Below are positions 23,366 to 36,677 of a stretch of 64,000 bases of DNA, in pieces; the stretch's first letter is position 1, and each line of letters starts with the position of its first letter. Where the stretch lies: the NCBI RefSeq assembly GCF_006345805.1, contig NC_043010.1, positions 16,182,001 through 16,246,000 of the forward strand, read 5' to 3'. Origin of the DNA: Octopus sinensis (lineage: Eukaryota). A program made the translations under genes and the position numbers. Below the pieces are notes generated by a model. It worked only from the letters and a program-made list of their open reading frames with translations, searched no databases and was not told the DNA's origin.

Positions 23366-23647
23366 CCAATTTAGGGAATGGAATTAGCAAAACCTTAGGA
23401 GTGGTAATTACTCAATGAGGGGTACTCCACTAGCTACTCATAAGGCCAAAGATTCCTTAGTTAAATTAAAGTTACACGGGATCCCTTGATGACTATGTAA
23501 CCATTTGACTAAAGTATATTCAGCCTGATGTGTAGCTGGCGGAGTACCCTTCATTTGGGTAATTACTACTTCCGAGGTTCTGCTAGATAGGGAACATATG
23601 TAGCCTGGATTTTACCAACTCCATTCCCTAAATTTGGATTTTTTTTT
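23358..23647. mobile_element. MITE/foldback element with long imperfect TIRs
   Basis: Left AAAAAATCCCAATTTAGGGAATGGAATTAG...GGTAATTACTCAATGAGGGGTACTCCACTAGCTAC is the reverse complement of the right GTAGCTGGCGGAGTACCCTTCATTTGGGTAATTAC...CTCCATTCCCTAAATTTGGATTTTTT (right arm has an insertion of about 30 bp). Confidence 0.85.
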
Positions 23648-23871
23648 ACATATACAGGAACCCCAGTTTAGCTTCCATCATTGCATTTGTGGTTGAGCAG
23701 GCATTTTTGTGAACTAATATAGAGATCAATACTTTTTGGAGGGTTTGTATGTAGACACACACATATACATTGAATCAGTCTCTTGCTACTCTGAGTTTCA
23801 TCTTTGATACAAATCATTACTTGCTTGAAGATGCTTTGTACCCATACATAAATATATGTATGTGTGTGTGA

Positions 23872-23924
<53 letters not shown>

Positions 23925-23989
23925 GACACATACCTACCACCATCTCTCCCATGCTCTCCATCTATATCTTTCTAAGTCTCCTCCTCTCT

Positions 23990-24357
23990 CCCTTCTCCAA
24001 CTAGGATGCCCTTGTATCTCTTCTACAGCAAGACACCTATCTCTATACCTCTATCATTCTTTCAGCCTTTCATCAACTGGTACAAAGCCACCTCCCTCAA
24101 TACTACTGCCCCTTGGCCTGGAGTGGGGCACTTTGTCTTGTCTTGCAAGTTATTTGGTGACCCCACTGGTGCTGCTGCAATGAAAAAAGCACCTAGTACA
24201 CTCTGCAAAGTGTTTAACATTAGAAAGGGCATCCAGCCACAGGAACCATGCCAAAACAGACAATGGAGCCCAGCACAACCCTCTGGCTTTGCTAGCTCTT
24301 GTCAAACTGTCCACTTCATACCAGCATGGAGAATGGATGTTAAATGATAATGATGAT
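23990..24357 (+). mobile_element. Family C repeat with (GAT)n tail
   Basis: AGAAAGGGCATCCAGCC core, ends GGATGTTAAATGATAATGATGAT. Confidence 0.8.
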
Positions 24358-24884
24358 ATAGTGTGCATGCATGTGTCAGTAATGTAAGAGACTGTCTCTT
24401 ATCTCACCAAGTCTGGTCCCAAGTTAAATACAGATGTCCAATGCTAAAGGACACTGAAATGGATTGAAATTATGTGAGCAGCTTCAGTGTCTTGTATAGG
24501 AAGGATTCTGTTTAAGTGTTTGTAGGTTTTTGATTGGAGCTGAAATATTCCAAGAAAGTTGAATGGTTTACTCATTCTCAGCTTTCTCATTACAGATGAA
24601 ACATTTGGTTGAAGATGTTTGCAATGATATGTAAAATTCTTGAACTGATTTGAAAACAGTTGAAAGCTGGTATTTACTGGTTGGGGGAGCATTAGATTGA
24701 ACTGGTATTTAGCATATATAATTACTTGCTATCAAGTGATTAAATGTTATTTGCATTATTGCAGAACTTTTCCTTCATTTCAGTCATTATGTTTGTACTT
24801 TTCCATTTCATTAAAAATATTTTAGCTCAGATATGTCACCAGAAGCGGTATTTTAGTTGACTTATTTTTCTGATGCTTTAATAA

Positions 24885-25080
24885 AATAGCCTTTCTACTT
24901 TGAGCACAAGGGCTGAAATTTTGTGGAAGGGGGCTAGTCAATTACATGGACTCCAGTTCTCAACTAGTACTTAATTTTATTGACCCCTCAAAAGGATGAA
25001 AGGCAAAGTCAGCTTGGCAGAATTTGAACTCAGAATGTAAAGATGGACGAAATGCTTGCTAAGCCTTTTGCCCAGCGTGC
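24885..25080 (-). mobile_element. SINE family A
   Basis: Reverse-complement homology to 17348-17563. Confidence 0.8.
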
Positions 25081-25647
25081 AATTGTGAACTCACCACGTA
25101 CAGTGAAAGAGGTACAGTGATTCTTAGAAGTGGGCTATTATCCATGTAGCTGCATAGATATACAACTTTATACATTTCTTTTGACTGAAGCACAAAGCCA
25201 ACTGATAGCAATTGAATTTACTCTGTCATTATTGTTCTCTGATGGATGAAGGTCATCGTTATTGACCCCTAGTATAATTTTTACTGCAAAGAGCCATTCC
25301 AGATGTTGTCAATCAACTCTACCTCTATGAATTTCTGTGATGTTGTTATCTTATATTCAAAATCTCTTACAATAAAAGTTACCATGCTCTTTATGCACTT
25401 AAGACTAACCCTATTTTTCCTTCAACACTCCATACAATTTAGTTTATGTGAATGGGGACCAGACAAGAGTTGTTTGAAACTAGATGTCAAAATGTTAACG
25501 AGGATAATATTTCGTTAAGCTACATAGTAATTTCATATCCTAGTACTTTGTGAATTTTCAATGTAAATGAAATAGGATAAACCAGTGTGAATGAAATAGG
25601 ATAAATCTATAATATTCCAACTCTTAATGCCGCTCATCACGACCTCT

Positions 25648-25900
25648 GCCATCATCATCAGTATCATTGTTTAACATCCATTTCCCATGCTAGCAGGGTT
25701 TGGGATGTGTGACAGGAACAGGCAAGGTCAGGAGCCACACCAAGTTCCAGTGTCTGCTTTGGCATGGTTTCTACAGATGGATGCCCTGCCTAATGCCAAC
25801 CACTTTACAGAGTGTGAACTGGGTGCTTTTTATGTGGCACCAGCCGGAGTGAGGTCACCATATAACTTGCAGGACAAGACCTCTCAACTGAGGACGTATT
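25648..25900 (-). mobile_element. Family C repeat
   Basis: CATCATCAT tail, GGATGCCCTGCCTAATGCCAACCAC core. Confidence 0.8.
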
Positions 25901-26149
25901 GAGGGACAGAAAAGGTATCTTGCTTTAGAAGAGAGACATGGCTACCTCAAATGAAGAGAGAAAGATGGTGAGGATGTGACAGAGGTGGGCCAGAGGCTGT
26001 ACACCCAAGTTACAGGGTAGTGTGTATAGTGGAGTGGAGTGGGAATTGGACAGGGTGAGTGGGTGGGTGACATCTCAACATTGTGCCTATGTTGGGAATA
26101 TTATTACATTCTGAGTTCAAATCCATAAAATAATGTCTGTGATGCATTT

Positions 26150-26330
26150 AAAAAAGAAAGATTATGTGCATACATTTCATTGCAATCTGGTTCTGCTGCA
26201 CTTACTTTGGTGTTGATGTGACAGAGTTGATTGTTTAGTGACAACCCTCCTGGATGAGTTGACAAATATTTCCTACTTTTTCTGGTCACCCTGAACATTC
26301 ATCAGCTTCAACCAACACTTTTGAGTCATT
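26150..26330 (-). mobile_element. Possible mariner transposase N-terminal relic
   Basis: Reads VEADECSG*P...QEGCH*TI, like mariner VEDxxRSGRP...DRRxTI; short and decayed. Confidence 0.35.
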
Positions 26331-26455
26331 CAAAAGTCTGTGTTTGACCTAAAGAATACTTGCTAAAAGCTTAACATTCTGGTTAGAGCTACCAAGCTTC
26401 ATTTTATGCAAAATTTGTTTCAGACACATTGTTTGAATTTATCAGCTCTGTATGT

Positions 26456-26493
<38 letters not shown>

Positions 26494-26869
26494 ATGTACA
26501 ATTTTCTTTCTCTTATCTAACAAGTTTTGTAAAAGAAGTTATTGTTTGCTTACTAGAGATAAATGTACTGTTGTATAGTAAATATAACTATATTATATCT
26601 TATCAGATGTCAGGCTTAGTTTAAGTTTAGCAACTTGCTTGCTGACCTTTCTGCTATGTAATTACATATGTCCTTTATTAATCCTTTCAACACAGAATTG
26701 TGTGTGTGTGTGTGTGATAGGACAGAAGTGAGCCTCCCAGCCAACAAGTTGAGTCTCTAACCCATTTTCTTTCCCACTTAAAGCCATTTTTCTTCATTTA
26801 TATGTTCTTGTTTCCATCTTCATACATACTTTAGACATCACAACTTTTAATTTTTTTCACTTTTTTAGT

Positions 26870-27186
26870 GTACCTCCTCGACAGCAAGACACCTGTTTCT
26901 GTCTCTCTGTCACACTCTAACTTTTCATCATCTGACAAGGTCACCCTCTCCAATGCCCCCTCCCCTCTCAAAGGATCTTTGTCTTGCAAGTTACTTGGTG
27001 ACTCGGCCAGTGCTGGTGCCATGTAAAAAGCATCCAGTCCACACTGTAAAGTGGTTGGCATTTGAAAGGGCATCCAGCTGTAAAAAAACCCCTGCCAAAA
27101 CAGACACAGAAGTATGGCTCAGGCTCCTGCCTGGCCAGTTCCTGTTAAATCATCCAACCCATGCCAGTTAAATGATGGTGATGATG
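26870..27186 (+). mobile_element. Family C repeat with (GAT)n tail
   Basis: GAAAGGGCATCCAGCTGTA core; AAATGATGGTGATGATG tail. Confidence 0.8.
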
Positions 27187-28093
27187 GATCTACAGTAGGA
27201 GGAATAAATGTTACCCTATATCAATTATTGTTGGCAAATAGATCTGGTATTAGATATTTTATATCTGTTTTAGATACTTAAATATGTAAACGTTTTTAAT
27301 GTTACTGTGAGAGAATATTAGGGTTATCAAAATGAAGGCGGATTAGATGACTGGCAACATTTAGATTCACATCAGCGGCTTCATGTCAGTGCCCTGTTCA
27401 TTCACACCATGCCCCAAGTTGACTTTCATTTTCGTGGTGTTAAATTACCAATAACATTCTAACAGTTAGATCAAACTGCATCATTATGACTTTTATACAA
27501 AAACCATTCCCATTTTCTGGAAATGGTCATTATTATATTATTCAAGAGGTGTTTGTGGCATTTGCTATTTTATAGTATTGAGTTTTGTCTCTCCAAAAAT
27601 CATGCTGGAATCAGTTTTGAATTTCATTCTTGTCTTTATTTTATCCTTATAATGTTAACCACTTTGATTTTAGTGACAAATAACACAACTGGTGTGGTGA
27701 CTGCAGCGTTTAAGTCTTTGAAGAATATACAAGAATCCAATTTGAGTTGGTTGAAATGGCTTTTTATTTTTTTCTAACCAGCGCCGTTTGAAAGAGCTTG
27801 AATATCTTTATACATATCTTAGCAGTGGCTTCCAGGTGCTCTCCTGGATGTTGAAATTTAGCCTTTCATCAAGTAGGAGCAGGACAAACCTAACTAAATG
27901 GTAAATCTGTCCCTGAATGTTAGAAGTTTTACAACCTTCTTGTTGCATATGACCTACAGTATCAAGTGAGGTCATTTCAAAGTAGGAAAGACACACAAAT
28001 TTTAATGTGAAACAATTTAAAAGGTAAATTGTTTTAGGTTTGAAGAAGAAATTCCAGACATGGAAGTAAAACCTGGGATCTGAAGGGCCTTAA

Positions 28094-28294
28094 CCCTTTT
28101 CTTACCAACTTGCCTGAAACTGCCTCTTGTTTTCAAGAGTTCTGAATTAAAACCTTCCACCAAACCTTAGTCACAATTTATGTTCATAACACTAGCTTAA
28201 TGACAACAAAGTTATTTTACTAAATTCTTTGTTATATTTAAAATGAATTGAAAGAAACACAGAGCTTCTCAACAGAAATATGGTAACAAAAGGG
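28094..28294. mobile_element. piggyBac-type MITE (second family)
   Basis: TTAA|CCCTTTTCTTACC ... GGTAACAAAAGGG|TTAA; perfect TTAA duplication; inverted relative of 60384-60604. Confidence 0.85.
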
Positions 28295-28399
28295 TTAAAG
28301 TAAACTTAAGACTAGAGTTATGAGAAGTAGATAAGGCAGAATTCTGATACTGTTAGGGAATTGGTCATGCACAGTATGCAGAAAAGGAGTGACTAGAAT

Positions 28400-28830
28400 C
28401 CCATAGATGGACTTAACCTTCATATGTACTGGGTGTATAGAAAAATACTGTGAACCTGGGAAATTGATTTGCTCAGTTGCAGGCTCTCTAGATGTAGTCA
28501 AGCGTTTCAGTTACCTAAGTGGCATAATTGGCAGCAAGAGAGGGTACTCTGAAAGCAGAGTAGCCAAGGAAAGAATTCAGGTGGCTACTAAGTTTGCTAG
28601 TCAAAAGGCTTCACTGGGTGTGTAATGTCAGAGGGTATCAGCGAAACAGTTGAAATGATCTGAGGGAGAGAAACTGTTTGTAGAAGAATCTTGTATAGTT
28701 TGCAAGAAAGAGAAGACTGTTGCTATGGGCATGTGACACGCATGGATGCTGACAGCTGTATATGGAACTGCCAAAAGCTCAAAGCAGATGGTGCCAGTGG
28801 AAGATGATGGCATAGAAAGACATGGGGTGA
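28400..28830 (+). mobile_element. RTE-clade LINE 3' fragment
   Basis: GSLDVVKRFSYLSGIIGSKRGYSESRVAK resembles LEVVDxFxYLGxxIxxxGGCSES; downstream RRLLLW resembles RRLRW. Confidence 0.65.
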
Positions 28831-29425
28831 AGTGGTAAGACCCAATCTCAAAATACTGAGCCTTACAAAGACAGCAACAATTAACAACGTAACAGTACTG
28901 AAGAAAACTCCATTTTCTTATTCAAGTGTGACAAAAAGAATGTTGATGAGGAAAGTACTGTCGATTGGGATGCTGCTCTTGCTACATTCATAAACTACTT
29001 CACCTTTACCTCTCTGTCATCACCATCTCTCCACAGCCTTCCTCATTGAAATGCTTTCTCTGTAATCCTATTCCAATCCTCATTTCTGTGTATTCCCCAC
29101 CTTCCACCTCTTTTTTTTCTCTCATTGTCCTCTCCATAGATGTTTCTCTCACCTCAACGCTGTTCTCTTCTCTGGTCTACATCCATTGTCTTCACCACTC
29201 TCATTGTTTTTTTTTTTCTTCTTTTTCATGTTCCCTTCTCACACTTATAATTTTGGGAAGCACTGGTCCCCCCTTATACAACCTCATCACCCTTGTGACT
29301 GTTCCTCTTTTTATCACTTGTCCCTAAACTAATCCCTTTCATACTCCCATTGTCAATAACCTTTGCTCTATTACTCTCGCCCACCCTTACAACTAGAAAT
29401 CTTTTCCTTTCTCAATATCTTGCCT

Positions 29426-29449
29426 ACAATCATTACACACACACACACA

Positions 29450-29519
<70 letters not shown>

Positions 29520-29520
29520 T
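29426..29520. repeat. (CA)n(CT)n microsatellite
   Basis: Seen directly. Confidence 0.95.
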
Positions 29521-29894
29521 CCTTAAATCTTGCAAATTATAAGACTACCTTAATGCTGTGCACTCTTGAAAGTGCTTTTGCTGTCAGGAAGGGGATCCAG
29601 CTGTAGAAACTGTGTAAAAACAGTGATATTGGAGTTGTAGTCCTCTCATTTGTCAAATCCTTTCAAAGCAGACATGAAATAATGATTGTGATGTGTGTAT
29701 GTGTGTGTGTGTGTGTGTATGCATGTGTGTGTGTGTGTATATATATAAACATATACACTAACAGGCACTTTCATCTGCCTAAAAGCTCTTATTTCTAGTA
29801 ATATAGGTGTTTCTAGCGCCCTAGTCACATTTAGTGACAATTTATAATTCCCCTTTTTTAGTGACAAACTGCTGTTTATATTAATTTTATGTAT

Positions 29895-29954
<60 letters not shown>

Positions 29955-30190
29955 ATGATGATGATGATGTGCTGTGCTTGAGAGGACCTGTCAATTGAAA
30001 TTATAGTCATAACTGGCACCTGTGCTGGTGGCATGTAAAGAACACCTTTCAAGCATTGGGCCTCACTGAGTCAAAGTGGCTGAGGTCTTTTCGAGCGTTA
30101 TGCTTCACAAAGGCAAAGTGGCTGAGGTCTTTTCGAGCATTGGGCTGGTGCAGCCTTCCGGCATGGACAGTGGACATTAAATGATGATGG
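29895..30190 (+). mobile_element. (TA)n/(GAT)n microsatellite followed by a deleted family C repeat
   Basis: GTGCTGGTGGCATGTAAAG, a duplicated CAAAGTGGCTGAGGTCTTTTCGAGC unit and a GGACATTAAATGATGATG tail. Confidence 0.7.
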
Positions 30191-31799
30191 TAATATATAT
30201 GATGGACTCTCCCATCAAAGATGACAGATGAGCATCCATTTTTTGCTAAATGACCTTCACAAATGATTTATTTATAGTGATCAAATGTATTATATCACTC
30301 TCTCTATCAAATCAACATTGTCTAAACAGGTGCATGGTGTGTATCACACATCAGGTATATCTCTCTCTCCATATAAGTATGATGTCTGTATGTGTATAAC
30401 TGATAGAAAAGTAAGGTGTATGCCAGGGGACAGTGTTCCCTACCTTACAGTTCAGGGATAGTGACCTCATAGCCTCTAGTCACCTTTCCTTACCAACTTC
30501 AGATTGATGGACCATTTGTTCTAAGTAGCCTCTGCTGTCACTGGGGTATGTGTGTCTGTGCAGGCCTAATTATGCTTATCTGTGTAAACCGGTGTCTCCT
30601 CCTATGTTAGAGTGTAAATGTAGCAGTTTCATAAATATATCAGTATAATGTGTGACTGCAACAAATACTTGTGTCAGTATGACAGAATAAAGCTAATGTT
30701 CCAGCATGCCAGAAACCACAGAAAAGTACTTGATAAATTACTATATTATGGTTTGTAGTTTTTAATTAACCTGCACGTATAATTACTGGCATTATCATAA
30801 TCTACTCTGGTTAACATGAGTCATAATCAATCCCTAGTTTGATTTGAACTCATGATTGTGAGTTCTGTAATCAGACGCATTGGTCCTTGCTTTCTGTACC
30901 CATTGTACATTAATAAAAAATAAAATATAACCTCCATTGTTCAGGTACAAGATAATAAGGGTTGCTGATATTGTTGGCACCCACTCCACAGATTGTGTCA
31001 GGTGTGTTTATTTGAAGAAAGTAAATGGGAATTATCATTGTTGTATCTTCTAGAGTAAATTTTAACATCAATCTTATTGTATTAAAGAAAGATCCTCTAG
31101 AAAATGCTTTTCATTTGTTTTTGTTTCATTTCTAGAAAATTTTCTTTGCCCCATGACAGAATAAGACATTTTTCCATACAGTCTGTCATCATCTTTTTAA
31201 TTTTTTCACTTGATATAGCCACTGCTAAAACCACTCTCATGAATCAAGTACTGCATTTAATATTGTAATGATGACTTGTTAATTTATTAGTCGATTCTCC
31301 TTAGTTGATTTCAAGGGAGTTGTTTTTTTTTGTTTTTTTTTTTTTTGGTATGTTGACAAAATTCCTTGCTGTAAGTACTTAGATCAGTCATTGGAAGTAT
31401 TTGCTTTGAGTAACACACTGTCATTGTCATGAAATTGTCTTTGAGGTATGTGAATAGATTACACATACTACTATAGTGAAAGGGCTTTTTATAAAGACTG
31501 GAGTCAGGCCTTATTAGGTCACATTAACACTAGACCATTGATGAGTAACACTGGCTACATGTAGTAGCAGCATTAGCATACCAGTTTAATTGATTTCTCC
31601 GATCCTCTTAATTTTTTGTGTTATTTTAATTTGACATCGTCTAATCTACTTTAAATGTATTTCATAATTAAATTTTCTGTGTAGAATATATTTTATTATT
31701 TTGGGGGGCCAATGCTGGTTCTAAGTTGTGAATTAGCTGAATGTCAGTACATGAAGTGAGTTGGGAACAGTGTGAATGTGTAGTGAGTAAATCTATTCA

Positions 31800-32063
31800 A
31801 ATCTTAGCTTTGACAATAGAGCTACGTTGTTGTTTGCTGCTGTGCTGTTTGTGCTATTACTACTATTACAAATGAAGGAGGGTGGGTTGAGAGAGAAGCA
31901 AGTGAAACTATAGACAGAGAGAAGCTAACCCGGCTCTACAAGTGTCCTGTGAGCGACAGATTAAAGGAGACAGAAAGAAAAGACAGGGTTTTTTCTCTTT
32001 TGAAAAGCTTTATTCTTATTATATGAGTCATTTGTGAAAGTGCACTGTTGCTGTCGTTGATAG
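31800..32063 (+). promoter_or_regulatory. Candidate internal promoter / alternative non-coding first exon
   Basis: Repeat-free, GA-rich leader-like sequence with locally retained CpGs, ending in GATAG|GTAAGG at 32063/32064; no good acceptor seen; start approximate. Confidence 0.45.
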
Positions 32064-33273
32064 GTAAGGTGATTTATTTAGCTTATTTTCTGTATTATTT
32101 CATAATTTATTCAGTTTTACTCTTGTTGGTGCAAGCTGCACATTTAACTGGATTCTAACCAAGTTGTAGACACAGTTGTGTCACACCCAACAGTCTGCAG
32201 TTTTACATTTAGAGCCAAGAAATAGAACAATTTCTTGTGATTTTTATGAAATTGTTTTTGATTTTTTCTTTAACTGGAGGCTGAGCTGGTCTGGTATATT
32301 TAATAGTGAAACAAAATACCAAGTCAAATAATCATAAATTTGACTTGAACCTAACAATCCATTTCTATTGAGTCACATGGCCATTATCAAGGTTTCTCTA
32401 TTAACAGTTATGTCTAGCTTTTCTTCCAGCTTGATTTATTTATGCTAATATTTCACCCATTTATTTATTTATTTTGTTATTGTATTTGATACTTAATTCT
32501 GAGAATAACTAAATAAAAACTGCTCCTTCTTTGAAATATTTTCGTTTTTCAAAAAAAGAATTATGATAATGAAATCCACCTTGGTCTGTCCCAACAGTTG
32601 CTACACAGGTCTGACCGGCTATATATATAACTGGACATTTATTATTATATCAGTTTTGTAAATTTATATACTTTACACCAATTCTAAATGGTTTCACCTG
32701 TTCCTAATATCTTAGAACTAATCCCATTTTAATGCAGTCATTTAAAAAATTGATTCGGTTTTAGATAACAGAGACTTGAAGAACACAATGAAATTTCTAT
32801 TTGTTCACTTATCTCTCCCTCTCATATTTCTCCACACCGGCAAATATCTTTTCTTAAATTTCTTTTCAAAATTTATTTTTAAAAAATTCTTGTTGACTCT
32901 AATGATTTATAGTTTGTTAATCGAAGTCCTTTTGTAAACCAACCTAACGGCAATATATGTAAATATACAAGAAAAATACTCCTGCATATTTATAATTATG
33001 AGAAATAATCTCCGTTTTCAAAGTTGCTGAGGTTATGTTGGATTAAGAATATAAAAGATTACTGAAATATTTCATAAAGGATTATGTTTTTAATGTTCCC
33101 TGTATGTTTTTTATTGTGACTGATTGAAAAGAGATGTATATGGGTCAGAATAACATGTCATGCATTGAAAACCGCCAATTTGATTTTATAGTTGTAACGG
33201 TAACAATGAATGTCATGCTATAGTCTATGAATTTTCAAAAAGCAAAAAAAGCTACCTGTTACCTTATTTTGTA

Positions 33274-33332
33274 GATTTAAATTGGATTGGAGTTTCACCA
33301 TTCGATTTAAATTGGATTGGAGTTTCACCATT
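33274..33332. repeat. 30-bp tandem duplication
   Basis: GATTTAAATTGGATTGGAGTTTCACCATT occurs twice, identically, with a 30-nt period. Confidence 0.95.
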
Positions 33333-33710
33333 GGAGTTCCACCAAGTTGAAGCAGATTAAAAACAGTTGTGGTGGTGGTGGTGGTTGGACAGTGTGTGTA
33401 CGTGGTTATATGTAACTGTATGTGTTGTGACTGTGTGTTGGTCACTATGTGTATGACTGTATCACTATGCGTATCTCTACATGCTTTCCTGTTTGAAGAA
33501 ATGTGACATGAAAAAAACCCCAAAAAACTCCCAATCTAATTGAAAAGTAAAATTTAAGACTTTGTGCCTTTCAGTAGATTTGATTGGCTAATTACTGTAA
33601 TTCAGGAAATTTGCAATGAAGAAAGTTAAGACTTAGAAAAAGTTGTAGAAGTGTAACATTATTCTTTAAAAAAATGTATTCAGGTGAGATAAAATGAAAG
33701 TAATTTAGAA

Positions 33711-33874
33711 TGAGAGATTCATTAAGGATCATGAGTCTTGCATTATAAGCTGTTTATTTTATTGATTAATATTAAGGGAGCCACCAATACTAAAATTTTT
33801 GCTCCAAATAACAAATTTGGGAAATGCATTGCATATGTTAAATTCAGGTTAGAAATTTACATCATTAAAAAAAA
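33711..33874 (+). repeat. About 164-bp near-identical direct repeat, copy 1
   Basis: Matches 38253-38417 apart from one 2-bp indel and one substitution (by eye). Confidence 0.95.
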
Positions 33875-34129
33875 GTCGGTTCTATTAATTTTGTAAGAAA
33901 ATTTTGTAATGTAAAGCCAAAGAGTTTATCTGATAAACTCCCACAAGTTTATCAGATATCAGCAAGAAATCATTTTCTTAAAGAATTCCCCCCAAAATAT
34001 TTTTATAATTCATTTGGCATAGTTTTTTTTAAATAGCTATTTTTTCCCAAGATAACAGCATGAAGTAGATAAATTTGCTTTACACAATCATATCAGCCAT
34101 TTTATGCACTAGATCAAGCCTTTTGCAAT

Positions 34130-34330
34130 CTATTCTCCTTGCGGTGTCTTCTTGACAATTCCTCTTCCCACAGGCAGTTTCCACTGTCAACACAACACTT
34201 TTTTCACTCCTCATTCATTTGCTCCACATGTCTATTTTTAATGCCAAACCATTTGGTTAACTTTTACTCTGCCTTTTGTGAGGGTTAATATTTCACATTC
34301 ATTGGTTGGACTCAACTGATCTTCAACCTC
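34130..34330 (-). mobile_element. Possible RTE LINE 3' relic
   Basis: WFG..RHVEQMNEE..V..V...GKR pattern resembles WFGHVxRM..V.G.R; decayed. Confidence 0.4.
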
Positions 34331-36424
34331 TGCAAATTCCCCCCCCCCCGTGTATTAAAAAAACAAACATGTCCTTGAAATAGCAACCAAATTATCTAAT
34401 TACAATCATAAAATGGGATTCGAAACTAAACATTTGTAGGTGTTTCATCGGTTGTATATTCAATCTTATCTGATTTGGGACAAAATAACATCAACCACAG
34501 CAATGTTCCCCCACCCTTTGCCCCTGTCTAACTAATTTACACTTCATATCTACAGTCAAAACTTGCTTCTCCAAACATTATCAAACAAAAATTCAAGGTT
34601 TTGTAATTATGGCTTCCTGTGTTTACAATCAGATCTCTTACCCAATCAGTTATCCAAACAAAATGGTACTCCCCACCCATCTCAATCAGATAATTGAGGT
34701 ACATTGTAATTTGCTCTTTTTGCACATAGAGAAATTTCTTTTGTTGTCTACAAGGATAAGTTTTCTGGACTTCTTTTTCATTCAGCTAAATCTGCACCCT
34801 CTTCCAGTACTAAAAAGACGACAACTACTAGTAGTAGAGAGTCAAATGAAATGGGTTCATGAACTTTATTTAGTACTTCTGGTTACTCATCATCCAGAGA
34901 TATTAAACCATTCTTCAAGTTCCAGTTGTTGGCTAAGCATTTTGGTTGCAGCCGCAATAAGGTTTTGATGACTATTGGAAATTATAAGAATTTCTGACAT
35001 TGTTTTGCTGCAAGTTCATACATTTACCAGAAATTCTCAGTAATTCCATTGGTCAAATATACCATTTCAGTAATTATTTTCCCACTGAGGGATTTAATAT
35101 CTAAAATTTTATGGGCAGTAGAGAGAAAAAAAACAACTTCATTGTATATGAGAAACCGAGGCAGTATTTCATTGTAGTGTTTTCATTAATGCATTGTTTT
35201 TATTTCTTTGTGCAAATGTTTTAATAATAAATTACTTTTGTTGTGAAAAGAAATTTCCCTTGTTTTATGTTTGTCTTTTGGCTTTGTCTTGTTGAATAAT
35301 ATTTCGAGAATCCACACTTAACCTCCTCTCTCACTCGGGTGAGAGAGGAAATAAGTCACTCAGTCTTGTTAGTAATTTTACCGATATTTTTGTTTTTAGC
35401 TCAATGAATTAAATTCTTTTTTACCTTTTGTTTGTTTTGAGGATGTATTGCTACACTATTTATGTAGGACTTGCTACATGCAGAAGCTTACAGTCTTATA
35501 CCCATAATACAAATAGATAAGTCTTGTTGAGTTAGTGGGACTCGTAAAGCAATTATTTTGTTGTCTCAGTTCTTGGATAATGAGAGATTAATCTCTTTCT
35601 GGACACTAATCTATTACTGGTAACTACTTTGACGGAAATTTTCACATAAAAGTGAATTGTAGCACGTAGAATTTAGTTCCTCACAAACATTGATATTTCT
35701 ATGGCATACATGAAGTTAAGACTCATGACTAAGTAGAGCAGTACCTCATTATTCAGCCAGTTCATATATAAGTATGGCATGTTTGAATATTTGCATTGAC
35801 ATCTGCTCACAAATTGAGGGGAAGGGCATTGGCTAAGTCAGTTTCAATATTTTATTGATCCAGAAAAATGAAAGACAAAGGATTTGAATTCAGAATACAA
35901 AAGGCTGTAATGGAATATTTTAAGATATTGTTTGTCACTCTGATTCTTTTCCATACCCATTTTTTTTATTGGGTAGCACCATCTCATTAGTATTGGTAGT
36001 TTACTTTTGTGAGCTAGTAAATCATAACCGTTCACATGATTTACACCCTGCATTGTAACATATTGACAACTTGTTTATTAGTGTCTATGTTCGACTTTAC
36101 AAAATAAACCTGTTTAAAATGTCTTTTATTTTTTTGTTTTTTCATGTTTGAATTTCTCAGTAGAATCAGTTACCAGTTTGACATTGATATTAGCATTTAG
36201 TTGAAGGTTTCTGTTTTAAATAATTTGATTCTCTCAGTTTAGTGTCTACGGATTATATACCTCATCACCACCTTTCTTTTATCCCCTTCAGCCATGTACC
36301 TTCTCAACAGCAAGACCTCTGTGCTTCTCTTTCTATTGTACTTTGGCCTTTCAACACTTGGCATAAAGACATCGGCCTCCATCTTCCCCTCTTAGTAGTA
36401 TAGACATTAACTTTTTTTATTTCT

Positions 36425-36643
36425 TGTTCTTTTTCTGTCTTGCAAGTTTACATGGCAACTCACTTGTGCTGGTAGCATAAAAAAACAAAAATTTACTCAG
36501 TACACTCTGTAAACTGGTTGGCATTAGGAAGGGCATCCAGCTGTGGAAAGCATGCCAAAGCTGACATTGGAACTGAACATGGCCTTGCAGCTTGCTGGAC
36601 CTGTCAAACCATCTGACTCCTGCCATCATGGATATTAAATGAT
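36425..36643 (+). mobile_element. Family C repeat
   Basis: GGCATTAGGAAGGGCATCCAGCTG core and GGATATTAAATGAT tail. Confidence 0.8.
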
Positions 36644-36677
36644 TTTATATATATATATATATATATATATAAATATA

